Shown: positions 41,907-51,547, counted from the stretch's first letter. The stretch: 64,000 nucleotides of DNA from Caulobacterales bacterium (GCA_038250335.1 JBBSCK010000001.1:625-64624); one strand, 5' to 3'. Notes: generated by a model not told the origin, from the letters alone. Made by a program: numbers and translations.

Positions 41907-43341
41907 TCTGGTTCCCTGACGCCCCGCTCGCGGAGCGCGGCTGCTTGAGGGGCGCGTCGGCAAGCCTGCCTTTCAGGCTGTTCTGCTGACCGTGTTCGAT
42001 CCTGACGGGAACGATCCGCCCGATCAGATGATCCGCGTCCTCGACATGGACCGACTGAAGATAGGGCGAGCGGCCGATGGCCTGGGCACCGTGGCGGCCC
42101 TTCTTTTCGAACAGAACGTCCAGCGTCTTGCCGGTCTGCGCCGTGTTAAACACCGCCTGCTGCTCCAGCAGCAGGGCCTGAAGCGCATGCAGCCGGGCGA
42201 GAGCGACATCCGCCGGGACCTGGGTCCCCATCGTGGCCGCGGGTGTGCCGGGGCGCGGGGAATACAGGAAGGAGAAGGCGGAGGCGTAGCCGACGGCCAT
42301 CACCAGCCCCATCGTGTCCTCGAAATCCCGATCGGTCTCGCCCGGGAATCCGACGATGAAATCGCCCGAGATCGCGATATCGGGTCGCGCTTGGCGAATC
42401 CGGCCGATCAGGTCGATATATGCCTGCCGCCCGTGCTTCCTGTTCATAGCCCTCAGGATGCGGTCCGACCCTGACTGCACCGGCAGATGCAGATAGGGCA
42501 TTAACGCCTCGAGCTCTCCGTGAGCCGCGATCAGGTCGTCGGACATGTCGTTGGGGTGGCTGGTGGTATAGCGGATGCGGTCGATTCCGGGGACCTCGGC
42601 CAAGGCGCGAGCCAGTTTCGCCAGGGTCCAGACCGTGCCGTCGGGTCCCTCACCATCATAGGCGTTGACGTTCTGGCCCAGCAGGGTGAGCTCGCGCACG
42701 CCCTGATCCGCCAGTCCACGCGCCTCGGCCAGCACATCGGCGACCGGCCGCGACCATTCCGCCCCCCGCGTATAGGGGACGACGCAGAAGCTGCAGAACT
42801 TGTCGCAACCCTCCTGCACCGTCAGGAAGGCCGTCGGTCCGTCGACGCCCCGCACGGCCGGCATGGCGTCGAACTTTTCATTGGGCGCAAAGTCCGCACC
42901 GATCCGCTCGCCCCGCGCCCGTGCGGTTCGGGTCAGGAGTTCCGGCAGCTGGTGATAGGCCTGGGGGCCGACGACGATATCCACCGCAGGCTGGCGGCGC
43001 ATGATCTCCTCGCCCTCCGCCTGGGCGACGCAGCCGGCCACGGCGATGGTCATGGACCCGGCCCCCGCTGCGGCCCGGGCCTCCTTCATCCGCCGCAGCT
43101 TGCCGAGCTCGGAATAGACCTTCTCGGCCGCCTTTTCGCGAATGTGGCAGGTGTTCAGGATGACGAAGTCCGCGCCCTCGGGCGTATCGGTCGGGGCATA
43201 GCCCAGCGGCCGCAGCACATCGGCCATGCGCTCGGAATCATAGACGTTCATCTGGCAGCCGTAGGTCTTGATGAACAGCCGTTTCGGGGCCGTCTCGGGC
43301 ACGGCCGTCTCGAGCGTCGGCAGGGTCAGGGTTTCAGACAT
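41896..43341 (-). CDS. miaB: tRNA-2-methylthio-N6-dimethylallyladenosine synthase MiaB
   Basis: N-terminal [15 protein letters not shown], radical-SAM [15 protein letters not shown], and a TRAM C-terminus. Confidence 0.95.
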   Translation of the reverse strand: MSETLTLPTLETAVPETAPKRLFIKTYGCQMNVYDSERMADVLRPLGYAPTDTPEGADFVILNTCHIREKAAEKVYSELGKLRRMKEARAAAGAGSMTIAVAGCVAQAEGEEIMRRQPAVDIVVGPQAYHQLPELLTRTARARGERIGADFAPNEKFDAMPAVRGVDGPTAFLTVQEGCDKFCSFCVVPYTRGAEWSRPVADVLAEARGLADQGVRELTLLGQNVNAYDGEGPDGTVWTLAKLARALAEVPGIDRIRYTTSHPNDMSDDLIAAHGELEALMPYLHLPVQSGSDRILRAMNRKHGRQAYIDLIGRIRQARPDIAISGDFIVGFPGETDRDFEDTMGLVMAVGYASAFSFLYSPRPGTPAATMGTQVPADVALARLHALQALLLEQQAVFNTAQTGKTLDVLFEKKGRHGAQAIGRSPYLQSVHVEDADHLIGRIVPVRIEHGQQNSLKGRLADAPLKQPRSASGASGNQNGA

Positions 43342-43388
43342 GGCGACTATCTAGTCCGCCCGGCCGTCAGGCGCCACTTCACCCGCCG

Positions 43389-43856
43389 TCAGGGCTCCAC
43401 CCGGTGCGCGTTGCGGGTGAAGATCAGGCCCTCGCGCTTGGAGGGTTCTGCCCCCTCGATGGCCTTGCCGTAGAGTTCCAGCTTGTGGCCGACCAGTTCA
43501 AAGCCCAGACGCTCGGCGATCTCGGTCTTGAGCCGCTCAATCTCGGCGTCGAAGAATTCGATGACCTCGCCGGTGCGGGTGTCGATGAGATGGTCGTGGT
43601 GGTCGTCGCCAGCCTCTTCATAGCGGCTTCGTCCGTCGCCGAAATCGTGCTTCTCGACCACCCCGGCCTCCTCGAACAGGCGCACGGTCCTGTAGACGGT
43701 GGCGATCGAGATATGCGGGTCGATGGCCGAGGCGCGGCGATACAGTTCCTCAACGTCCGGGTGGTCCTCGGCGCTTCCCAGCACCCGGGCGATGACCCGG
43801 CGCTGTTCGGTCATGCGCATGCCGCGCTCGGCGCAGAGTTTCTCGATCCGGTCCAT
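43389..43856 (-). CDS. fur: ferric uptake regulator (Fur family)
   Basis: ORF trimmed to MDRIEKLCAERGMRMTEQRRVIARVL (ATG checked at 43856). DHPDVEELYRRA...ISIATVYRTVRLFEEAGV...HHDHLID closely matches my recollection of alphaproteobacterial Fur. Confidence 0.88.
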   Translation of the reverse strand: MDRIEKLCAERGMRMTEQRRVIARVLGSAEDHPDVEELYRRASAIDPHISIATVYRTVRLFEEAGVVEKHDFGDGRSRYEEAGDDHHDHLIDTRTGEVIEFFDAEIERLKTEIAERLGFELVGHKLELYGKAIEGAEPSKREGLIFTRNAHRVEP

Positions 43857-43878
43857 GAAGGTGAGGATAGGGCGGCGA

Positions 43879-44346
43879 TCAGCCGCTGGGAAGCCGCCCC
43901 GCCAATTTGAGAACCAGTAGCAGGGCATCAACCGGTTCCCGGGCGGGTCGCGCATAGTATCGCCGCCGCCGTCCGGCCGTCCCAAAGCCGAGGCGGGCGT
44001 ACAGGGCCCGGGCCGGGCAATTGTCCTCGGCCACCTCCAACAATAGCCGCTCCGCCCCCAGAGCCGCTGACCGGCGGGCCGCCGCCTCGACGAGGTGCCG
44101 TGCCACGCCACTGCGCCGGGCCGCTGGCCGCACCGCAAGGGTCAGAATTTCGGCCTCGTTTGCGGCGGCGCGGACGAGGATGAACCCCCGGGGTTCCGCT
44201 TCCAGGATCACACCCGGCTGGGTCAGAAGCCCGGCAAAGGCGGCGGCTGTCCAGGGCGCGTCGAACGCCTCGGCGTGGAGTTGTGCCAACCCGTGACACA
44301 GGGCCAAGGGGTCGGTGATGTCGCCGCCGGGACCGGCAGCACTCAT
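43879..44346 (-). CDS. rimI: GNAT N-acetyltransferase, RimI-like
   Basis: GNAT motif A region LAVRPAARRSGVARHLVEAA and NCPARALYARLGF. Conserved position immediately after tsaB. Confidence 0.7.
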   Translation of the reverse strand: MSAAGPGGDITDPLALCHGLAQLHAEAFDAPWTAAAFAGLLTQPGVILEAEPRGFILVRAAANEAEILTLAVRPAARRSGVARHLVEAAARRSAALGAERLLLEVAEDNCPARALYARLGFGTAGRRRRYYARPAREPVDALLLVLKLAGRLPSG

Positions 44347-45005
44347 CCCTGCATCGCGGTCGGGCGTGCCTGACCGGGCAGCCGGGTCGGCGGGGTCGCA
44401 TCAGGAGCGCGCAGATAGAGAGGCCGGGGGGGATGTTCTGCCGGATCGAAGGCCTCGGTCAGGGCAGCGAGGGCCGCCGGTGCAGGCGCGGTTTCGCCGC
44501 CTCCAACTCCCCCGACCAGACCCGCACCCGACCCGGTCATACGCCACAGGCTGCCTGCTCCGGCGAGTGTCGCCATCGCCGCCTCCACCGACAGGGCCTC
44601 AGGGGTCGAAACCGGTCGACCGTTGTCGAACATCTGCAGATAGACCTGCTCCCGGCGAGCATCGATCACAGCCGCAGTGCGTCCTTCGCCGCCGTCGGCC
44701 GACCGGGCGAGGGCGGCCAAGGTGGAAATCCCAACGACCGGACGGTCGAGCGCCGCGCCCAGACCCTGGGCGAAGGCCAGACCGACCCGCAGGCCTGTGA
44801 ACGAGCCAGGTCCGACCGTGACGCCGATCCGGTCCAGCGCGTCGAACCCGCCGCCGGCCTGGGCCACCACATCGCGGACGAAACCGCCGAGGCGTTCGGA
44901 ATGGCCCCGTGCCATGGTCTCGCAGCGTTGGCCCAAGGCGACCCCGGCCTCGAACACCGCCACCGTGCAGGCGTCAAGGGCCGTGTCGATCACCAGCACC
45001 CTCAT
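44343..45005 (-). CDS. tsaB: tRNA threonylcarbamoyladenosine biosynthesis protein TsaB
   Basis: MRVLVIDTALDACTVAV...IGVTVGPGSFTGLRVGLAFAQGL. Start at ATG 45005 (checked). Confidence 0.85.
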   Translation of the reverse strand: MRVLVIDTALDACTVAVFEAGVALGQRCETMARGHSERLGGFVRDVVAQAGGGFDALDRIGVTVGPGSFTGLRVGLAFAQGLGAALDRPVVGISTLAALARSADGGEGRTAAVIDARREQVYLQMFDNGRPVSTPEALSVEAAMATLAGAGSLWRMTGSGAGLVGGVGGGETAPAPAALAALTEAFDPAEHPPRPLYLRAPDATPPTRLPGQARPTAMQG

Positions 45006-45095
45006 CGCCGGCGACCCACAATCCATGGGCGACGGGACCTGATCCGTCGGTGGGGTCGTGGGCCGTTTGTGAGGAAGGACGGGACCTCCGTCACG

Positions 45096-45653
45096 TCAGA
45101 TCACCTGTTCGACGCTGGTCACTTCGGGGACGTAGTGGCGCATCATCTGCTCGACACCGGCCTTCAGCGTCATGGCCGAAGACGGGCAGCCGGCGCAGGC
45201 TCCGCGCATGCGCAGGCTGAGGACGCCGCTCTCCTCGTCGAAGGCGTCAAACAGGATGTCACCGCCGTCCTGGGCCACGGCCGGGCGGATGCGGCTGTCG
45301 AGCAGCGCCTTTATCTCGGTCACGATCTCGGAGTCCCCGGACGTATCCTCGGTCCCGGCCTCGCTGTCGCGCAGCAGGGGCGCGCCGGACACGAAATGGT
45401 CCATGATCACCGAAAGGATTTCCGGCTTCATCTCGCTCCAGTCACGGCCGTGTCCGGCGCGGGTGACGGAGACATGATCGAAGCCGAAGAAGACGCCGGT
45501 CACATCCTCCAGCTGAAACAGGGCCTCGGCCAGCGGGGACGCGGCCGCCTGGTCAAGGCTCAGGAAGTCGCGAGAGCCGCCGACGGCCACATCGCGGCCG
45601 GGCAGGAACTTCAGCGCATTGGGGTTCGGGGTCGGTTCGGTCTGGATGAACAT
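45096..45653 (-). CDS. NifU/Nfu-type Fe-S cluster scaffold protein
   Basis: Nfu_N start MFIQTEPTPNPNALKFLPG, and a C-terminal NifU domain with the CAGC motif (LRMRGACAGCPSS). Confidence 0.9.
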   Translation of the reverse strand: MFIQTEPTPNPNALKFLPGRDVAVGGSRDFLSLDQAAASPLAEALFQLEDVTGVFFGFDHVSVTRAGHGRDWSEMKPEILSVIMDHFVSGAPLLRDSEAGTEDTSGDSEIVTEIKALLDSRIRPAVAQDGGDILFDAFDEESGVLSLRMRGACAGCPSSAMTLKAGVEQMMRHYVPEVTSVEQVI

Positions 45654-45698
45654 GGTGCAAAAGTGCGCCCGCGGGGACGGGTTCGCAAGACCCTCTCG

Positions 45699-45714
45699 CT
45701 TCCCTTCGGGGGAG
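45699..45714. repeat. small CTTCCC-UUCG-GGGGAG hairpin in the usp-nifU spacer
   Basis: 6-bp stem with one G.U and a UUCG/CGAA tetraloop. Same CCTCCCC/GGGGAGG-type arm composition as the elements at 20602, 27536 and 29390. Confidence 0.35.
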
Positions 45715-45774
45715 GCAGACCCATACTCGCACGCAAGCGGTGAGCCGAAGCACGGCGAGCGGCAGCGCCCCGAA

Positions 45775-46239
45775 CTACGCCAGATCCTCGATCTCGGCGT
45801 CGGTCAGTTCACCGGGGACGATGGTGACCGGCAGCTTGCGCCCGCCCAGAGCCCCCTGTTTCACGACCGCAGAGACCAGCGGCCCAGGTCCCCGGGAGCC
45901 GCTACCGGCCGCCAGCACCAGGATCTTGATCTCGGGATCCTCGCTGACGACCTTGCGGATCACCGCCAGGGGCTCGCCTCGCTCGATCAGGAAAAGCGGA
46001 GCGGCCCCCGACCGCTCGCCCGCCTCCTCGCCCAGCCGGGTCAACAGGGCCTCGGCCTCGGCGCGCTGCTGACGCTGGATTTCCTCGCGGACTCCGGACC
46101 AGTGCTCGTCCGAGCCCCCCGGCATGATGCGCAGCAGAACCACCCGGCCGCTGGTCGAACGCGCCCGGCGGGCCGCGTAGCGCAGCGCCGCCTCGAACTC
46201 GGGGCTGTCATCGGCGACGACGAGAAATTTCCTGGGCAT
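45775..46239 (-). CDS. universal stress protein
   Basis: KFLVVADDSPEFEAALRYAARRA...VLLRI and the C-terminal LVLAAGSGSRGPGPLVS..PVTIVP are a USP-A fold pattern. The start overlaps the GDH stop by 1 nt. Confidence 0.8.
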   Translation of the reverse strand: MPRKFLVVADDSPEFEAALRYAARRARSTSGRVVLLRIMPGGSDEHWSGVREEIQRQQRAEAEALLTRLGEEAGERSGAAPLFLIERGEPLAVIRKVVSEDPEIKILVLAAGSGSRGPGPLVSAVVKQGALGGRKLPVTIVPGELTDAEIEDLA

Positions 46240-49200
46240 CAGGCTGACCCGATGACGTGACGGATCTGGCCGTTGGCGATGGTCAGCTTGGCGAAGGTCC
46301 AGCCCGTCCCGGAGGCCTCGATCTCGTCCACTGCGGCGCGGACGCCCTCAACGACTGTCTGGCGAGCCCCGATCCAGGCATCCACAGCCGCCTCGGCCGC
46401 CGCCTCGCTATCGCCCACTTCGGGATCGGAGGCCGTGGCCACGGCCCGGGTCAGGGTCACCTGCTCGACCATCAGATCCTCCATCAGCCGACGCACGGCC
46501 AGCCGGTCGAAATGATCGCCGGACGGTACGGCCCCGGCGGCCGCCCTGAGCCGATCAAAATCGAACGCCGCCCCGACCTGGTGATACAGCCGCGCCATTC
46601 TCGGTTCGGACCAGCCGCTGTCGCGCGCAAGATCGCCGATATCGGCCGTTGCAACCAAGGGCCGCAGCATGGAGACCACCCGGGCGAGGTCCTCGCCCAC
46701 CCCCATGTCGGCAAACCGCTTCAGCCGCGCCTCCAGCCGCTGCTGTTCGAAGCGGGACAGGACGTCCCCGCCTTCCTTGCGCAGGGCGTCTGCTGCGGGG
46801 CGGTAGGCCGAAATCAGCCCCGCGACGCTCGCCCCGGCGCGCCCCGCCCGGCGCGCCAGCCAGAAGGTCTGGCGACGCAGCACGGTGGCGATCTCCTGAT
46901 ACAGGGCCGTCTGGGTCTCGGCCGGGACCTTCAGGTCGAGGGCGCTAACGGCATCCCAGGCCTCGTCGAGCCGGAATACTTGCCGCGCCGCCTCGAAGGC
47001 GATGACCAGGGCGGTCGTGTCGCAGCCGGCTGCCGCGCGCAGCCGGTCCGGGAAGGTCGGACCGGCCAGGTTGACGATCTCGTTGCAGAGTACGGTGGCC
47101 ACGATCTCGCGCCGGAGCCGGTGGCCCCGCATCTGGTCCTCGAACCGGGCCAGAGGCCCGGGGAAATAACGGACGAGGGTCGCCTCAAAGAAGGGGTCTT
47201 CAGGCGCACGCGAGGCCACGATGTCCTCGGCCAGTCCGAGCTTGGAATAGGCCATCAAGACAGCCAGTTCCGGCCGCGTCAGGGCCTGACCCGCAGCCTT
47301 CATCTCGCCGATGCGGATGTCACCCGGCAGGCCCTCGACCTTGCGATCCAGCTTGCCCCGGGCGGTCAGTGCCTGCATGAATCTCTGCTGCTGATCCAGC
47401 GCGCCGACGCCTTCTGCCTGTTGCAGCGTCAGGGCCAGGGTCTGGTCGTAGTTGTGGGCCAGAACCTTGAGGCCCACTTCCCCGGTCATCGACGCCAGCA
47501 GCGGCACACGCTCTTCCAGAGGCAGGACGCCGTTGGTGATGGCCGAGCCGATCAGGATCTTGATGTTGACCTCATGGTCCGAGGTGTCCACGCCGGCCGA
47601 ATTGTCGATGGCGTCGGTGTTCATGCGCCCGCCCGCCGCCGCAAAGGCGATACGGCCGGCCTGGGTGAAGCCCAGGTTGGCCCCCTCGCCCACCACCCGC
47701 ACCCGCAGTTCGTCGGCATTGACCCGCAGAGCATCGGTGCCCTTGTCCCCGACCTGGGCGTCGGTCTCGGCCGCCGATTTCACATAGGTGCCGATACCGC
47801 CCAGATATAGCAGCTCCGTCGGGGCCTTGAGGATCGCGCGGATCAGGCTGACGGGGTCGAGGGCCTCGTCGGCGATGTCCAGGGCTGCGCGGATTTCGGG
47901 CGTCAGGGCGATCGACTTGGTCGAGCGAGAGAAGACCCCGCCCCCGGCCGATATCTTCGCCTTGTCATAGTCCTGCCAGGACGAACGCGGCAGCTGGAAC
48001 AGACGATTGCGCTCGTCCCAGGACGAGGCCGGATCCGGGGTCGGGTCGATGAAGATGTCGCGGTGGTCGAAGGCGGCGACCAGCCTCGACGCCTTCGAGA
48101 GCAACAGGCCGTTGCCGAATACATCGCCCGACATGTCGCCCACGCCGACGACGGAGAAGGGCTCGGTCTGGATGTCCTTGCCGAGCTCGCGGAAATGGCG
48201 CTTGACCGCCTCCCATGCCCCTCGCGCGGTGATGCCCATGGCCTTGTGGTCATAGCCGACCGAACCGCCGGAGGCGAAGGCGTCGCCGAGCCAGAATCCA
48301 TAGTCGGCCGATACTCCGTTGGCGATATCGGAGAAGGTCGCCGTGCCCTTGTCGGCGGCGACGACCAGATAGGGATCGTCGCCCTCAAAGGCGATCACAT
48401 GGGCGGGGTGGACGACCGTCCCGTCGGCCGCGATGTTGTCAGTGATGTCCAGAAGCCCGGACAGGAAGGTGCGATAGGCCCGGATGGCCTCGGCCTGCTG
48501 GGCGTCGCGGTCGCCGCCGGCGCGCACGATGCCCGACAGGTGTTTGGGGAAGAAGCCGCCCTTGGAGCCAACCGGCACGATGACGGCGTTCTTGACCTGC
48601 TGGGCCTTGACCAGTCCCAGAACCTCGGTGCGGAAATCGTCGCGCCGGTCCGACCAGCGCAGGCCGCCCCGCGCCACCGGCCCGAAGCGCAGATGCACGC
48701 CCTCGATGTGCGGCGCCCAGACGAAGATTTCGCGATAGGGCTTGGGCAGGGGCAGCTCGTCGAGTTCGCGCGAGGCGATCTTGATAGAGATGTGAGGCTT
48801 GAGGGTCCCGTCCGGGGCCGTCTGGTAATAGTTTGTGCGCTTGATCGCACCGATCAGGGCCGAGAGCCGCCGCAGCGACCGGTCGTGGTCAAGCGAGGCG
48901 ACTTCCATCAGCAGGGCATTGATCCTGTCGGTCTGTTCAGCGCACCGGACTTCTCGGTCACCTGCCGAGCCCCCCTGCGCGGGATCGAAGCGGCAGGCGA
49001 ACAAGGACAGCAGGGCACGGGCGATGGCCGGGTGGTCACGCAGTGCCTCCTCCTGGACCGCCTGGGAGGGGTCCAGCCCGGTCTGCTGGCGATAGTGGGC
49101 GAGGGTGCGGATCAGCGCCGCCTCGCGCCAGCCGACGCCCAGTTCCAGCACCAGCCGGTTGAATCCGTCGCTTTCGGTCCGACCGTCCCAGACGGCCGAG

Positions 49201-51164
49201 AAGGCCGCCTCGAACGGGCCCCTGACATCGGCGAAAGCGAGCGAGGCTCCGCGTGGATCCTCCAGCAGGAATTCGTGAACATGGATTTGGCGGGCCGGCC
49301 CCGCCTGGGCCGCCGGGCGGATCGCGTGGCCGAATTCCTCCAGTGTCTTCAGTCCCATATCCGCCAGGATCGGCAGGACGTCGGACAGGGGCACGGCGGC
49401 CCCCCGTCGATAAAGTTTGAACCGGAACTGCAGCGGCGTATCCGCCGCCGTCCGGAAGGCTCGTACGGCGATCGGCTCTCCGCCGCCCCCCGCTTCACCG
49501 GCCTCTCCCGAAGCGTTCAGGCGGTTGATTTCCTGCAGGTCCGCCACGGCCTCGGCCGCGTCATAGCGCTCGCGGTAGCCGGGCCCGAAGGCCTCGGCCC
49601 ACCACGTGCTCAGGGCGTTGATGGCGCTCTCGTCAATATCGCTGGCGCGCAGGGCCCCCTCGAACCGGTCGACCCAGCTCCGTCCGGTCTCGATGATCTC
49701 GGCGTCAAGGGCGGCCGGATCGGGGATGGGGTGATCGCCGGGCGTGACGCCGATGATATAGTGGATGCGCACGAGCGGCGCGTCCGACAGCTGCGGATAC
49801 CAGGCCGACACCCGCCCGCCCCAGGCCCGGGCCAGGATCCGGCCGATCCGTTCGCGGACACTGGCGTCGTACCGCTCGCGGGGGACGAAGGCCAGGACCG
49901 AGACGAAGCGGTCAAAAGGGTCCTTACGCGTGAAGGTCTTGATCCGGGGACGGTCGTAGAGGTGCAGGATCCCCAGAGCCGTGGTCAGAAGCTCGTCCTC
50001 GGTGATCTGGAACAGCTCGTCCCGGGGATAGTTTTCGAGGATGTTCCTGAGCCGCTTTTCGTTGTGGCTGCCGGGGATCCTCGCGGCCCGCTCGAGGGCC
50101 TTGGCAACCTTGCGGCGGATCAGCGGCACCTGGGACGCCGCGAGGTCATAGGCCTCGGCTGTGAACAGCCCGACGAAGCGGGTTTCTCCCGAGGGTCGTC
50201 CATCGTCGCCGTAACGTTTGACCCCGACATAGTCCATGTAGGCCCGGCGGTGGACCCGGCTGCGCAGATTGGCCTTGGCCACAGTCACGGGTTCGCTGAA
50301 GTCGATCTGCCGCTTCATCTGGGCGGTCAGCACGGCGGGTTCCGACGTCCGGCGAAGGACCGTCCGTTCCGGGTCGCGCAGCACACCGACGCCCGCCGAC
50401 GCCTGATCCAGCGGTGCCTCGGCTGCGTAACCCCCATCGGGCGTGCGCGGATAGTCATAATCCCGTGCGCCCAGGAAGACGAAATGGTCGTTGCTCAGTG
50501 AGCGAAGGAAGGCGAGGTTCTCGGCCACAATCTCGGGATCGATCCCTGCGGGGCAGGCTTCGAGATGGGCCACGGATCGCTGCATCAGATCCCGCATGGC
50601 CGGAAAGTCGGCCACGGCCGCATGGACGTCGGCGAGCGTCTGCTCGACGCCCGCAGTCAGCGCCGCGCGGCGCTCGGGGGGCAGGGGATCGATCACGATC
50701 ACGATCAGGGATTCGCGCGTATCGTCGTCCGCAGCCCGTCTTGAGCCGTCGGCCTCGCGCGCCACGGGGGGCACGGGGTGAAACAGCGCGCGGACAGAGA
50801 CGCCAGCATCGGCCAGTTCGCCCATCAGACTGTCCACCAGGAAGGGCTTGTCGTCCTGGACGATCTGCAGCACGTCATAGGGAGTCGCACGCCCGTGCGT
50901 GGCGGACAGGGGCTTGACCACGACCCTGGGGGCCTCGCCGGGATCGCGCCGCTCGGCCCAGCGCCAGGCGTCCGCCAGAAGCGCGCCGACGTCGTCGGCC
51001 GCAAGTTCCGGTGTTTCGTCCTCGGCATAGTCCTCACAGGCTTGCTCGAGGAAGGACTGTTCCAGACTGTTGAGTGCGCCGCCGTCCCCCAGGGCCACCT
51101 TGAAAGCCCGCTGCAGTGCCTCCAGGTCGGAGGGCCGGGAGAGGGTGCGCGATGAACTGGACAT
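46239..51164 (-). CDS. gdhB: NAD-specific glutamate dehydrogenase, large (about 180 kDa) class
   Basis: 1641 aa from ATG 51164 (checked). The catalytic core region VPVGSKGGFFPK...VVAADKGTATFSD.ANG...GYDHKAMGITARGAWE...VGVGDMSGDVFGNG matches the large NAD-GDH family. Confidence 0.93.
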   Translation of the reverse strand: MSSSSRTLSRPSDLEALQRAFKVALGDGGALNSLEQSFLEQACEDYAEDETPELAADDVGALLADAWRWAERRDPGEAPRVVVKPLSATHGRATPYDVLQIVQDDKPFLVDSLMGELADAGVSVRALFHPVPPVAREADGSRRAADDDTRESLIVIVIDPLPPERRAALTAGVEQTLADVHAAVADFPAMRDLMQRSVAHLEACPAGIDPEIVAENLAFLRSLSNDHFVFLGARDYDYPRTPDGGYAAEAPLDQASAGVGVLRDPERTVLRRTSEPAVLTAQMKRQIDFSEPVTVAKANLRSRVHRRAYMDYVGVKRYGDDGRPSGETRFVGLFTAEAYDLAASQVPLIRRKVAKALERAARIPGSHNEKRLRNILENYPRDELFQITEDELLTTALGILHLYDRPRIKTFTRKDPFDRFVSVLAFVPRERYDASVRERIGRILARAWGGRVSAWYPQLSDAPLVRIHYIIGVTPGDHPIPDPAALDAEIIETGRSWVDRFEGALRASDIDESAINALSTWWAEAFGPGYRERYDAAEAVADLQEINRLNASGEAGEAGGGGEPIAVRAFRTAADTPLQFRFKLYRRGAAVPLSDVLPILADMGLKTLEEFGHAIRPAAQAGPARQIHVHEFLLEDPRGASLAFADVRGPFEAAFSAVWDGRTESDGFNRLVLELGVGWREAALIRTLAHYRQQTGLDPSQAVQEEALRDHPAIARALLSLFACRFDPAQGGSAGDREVRCAEQTDRINALLMEVASLDHDRSLRRLSALIGAIKRTNYYQTAPDGTLKPHISIKIASRELDELPLPKPYREIFVWAPHIEGVHLRFGPVARGGLRWSDRRDDFRTEVLGLVKAQQVKNAVIVPVGSKGGFFPKHLSGIVRAGGDRDAQQAEAIRAYRTFLSGLLDITDNIAADGTVVHPAHVIAFEGDDPYLVVAADKGTATFSDIANGVSADYGFWLGDAFASGGSVGYDHKAMGITARGAWEAVKRHFRELGKDIQTEPFSVVGVGDMSGDVFGNGLLLSKASRLVAAFDHRDIFIDPTPDPASSWDERNRLFQLPRSSWQDYDKAKISAGGGVFSRSTKSIALTPEIRAALDIADEALDPVSLIRAILKAPTELLYLGGIGTYVKSAAETDAQVGDKGTDALRVNADELRVRVVGEGANLGFTQAGRIAFAAAGGRMNTDAIDNSAGVDTSDHEVNIKILIGSAITNGVLPLEERVPLLASMTGEVGLKVLAHNYDQTLALTLQQAEGVGALDQQQRFMQALTARGKLDRKVEGLPGDIRIGEMKAAGQALTRPELAVLMAYSKLGLAEDIVASRAPEDPFFEATLVRYFPGPLARFEDQMRGHRLRREIVATVLCNEIVNLAGPTFPDRLRAAAGCDTTALVIAFEAARQVFRLDEAWDAVSALDLKVPAETQTALYQEIATVLRRQTFWLARRAGRAGASVAGLISAYRPAADALRKEGGDVLSRFEQQRLEARLKRFADMGVGEDLARVVSMLRPLVATADIGDLARDSGWSEPRMARLYHQVGAAFDFDRLRAAAGAVPSGDHFDRLAVRRLMEDLMVEQVTLTRAVATASDPEVGDSEAAAEAAVDAWIGARQTVVEGVRAAVDEIEASGTGWTFAKLTIANGQIRHVIGSA

Positions 51165-51382
51165 GGGCAGGGTCTCGTATAGCACGCGGCCAGGGCCGCC
51201 GGTTCTGGGCCAGACGCTATCGACCGTTCGTTGCCAGGGTGTCACCGAACGGGCGCGTCCCGCCCCTTTGGGCTGGATAGGCCGGGCTTGGACGCGCGGG
51301 AAGGGCGGAAAACGACAAACACCGTCTCGCCGGTCCGGAATCCTGAGACTGATCGCCGTTCATGAACCCCGGCACGCCCGTG

Positions 51383-51417
51383 ACAAAGAAAAAGCCGCCG
51401 GACGGGCGTCCGACGGC
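51383..51417 (-). terminator. strong intrinsic terminator
   Basis: Minus strand: GCCGUCGGAC-GCCC-GUCCGGCGGC, 10 bp with one G.U, followed by UUUUUCUUUGUC. Plus-strand stem at 51394-51417 and A-run at 51385-51393. Confidence 0.7.
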
Positions 51418-51427
51418 CTCTCTTCAG

Positions 51428-51498
51428 GACCTGCGCTGGAGGGGGAATGGGCGCAGGTCCGATGCCGCCGCGGCCGGGGGAGGGGGGGGGAGGCCGCG
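51428..51498 (-). ncRNA. candidate sRNA or structured 3' UTR: two stem-loops with C-rich, CCUCC-containing loops upstream of the terminator
   Basis: SL1 has a 7-bp stem 51469-51475/51492-51498 with loop UCCCCCCCCCUCCCCC. SL2 has a 9-bp stem 51428-51436/51451-51459 with loop CCAUUCCCCCUCCA. The terminator at 51383-51417 follows. No transcript evidence is available. Confidence 0.35.
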
Positions 51499-51547
51499 AC
51501 GTCTGGATGGGAGATGGGAAGCCGGGACAAGGCTTCAAGGCTCCGGG

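Noticed and set aside
48063-50501. 812-aa plus-strand ORF (with 46257..47810, 517 aa) antisense to the NAD-glutamate dehydrogenase gene
   Set aside because: The minus-strand product carries the recognisable GDH catalytic core. Antisense ORFs of large NAD-GDH genes are a well-known spurious annotation trap. No independent motifs or plausible start context.
51242-51538. 98-aa Pro/Gly/Arg-rich minus-strand ORF (and the plus-strand ORF 51362..52234) in the permease-GDH spacer
   Set aside because: The sequence is explained better by the RNA hairpins and the intrinsic terminator, whose U-run would lie inside the ORF. The composition is driven by the C/G tracts, and there is no Shine-Dalgarno.
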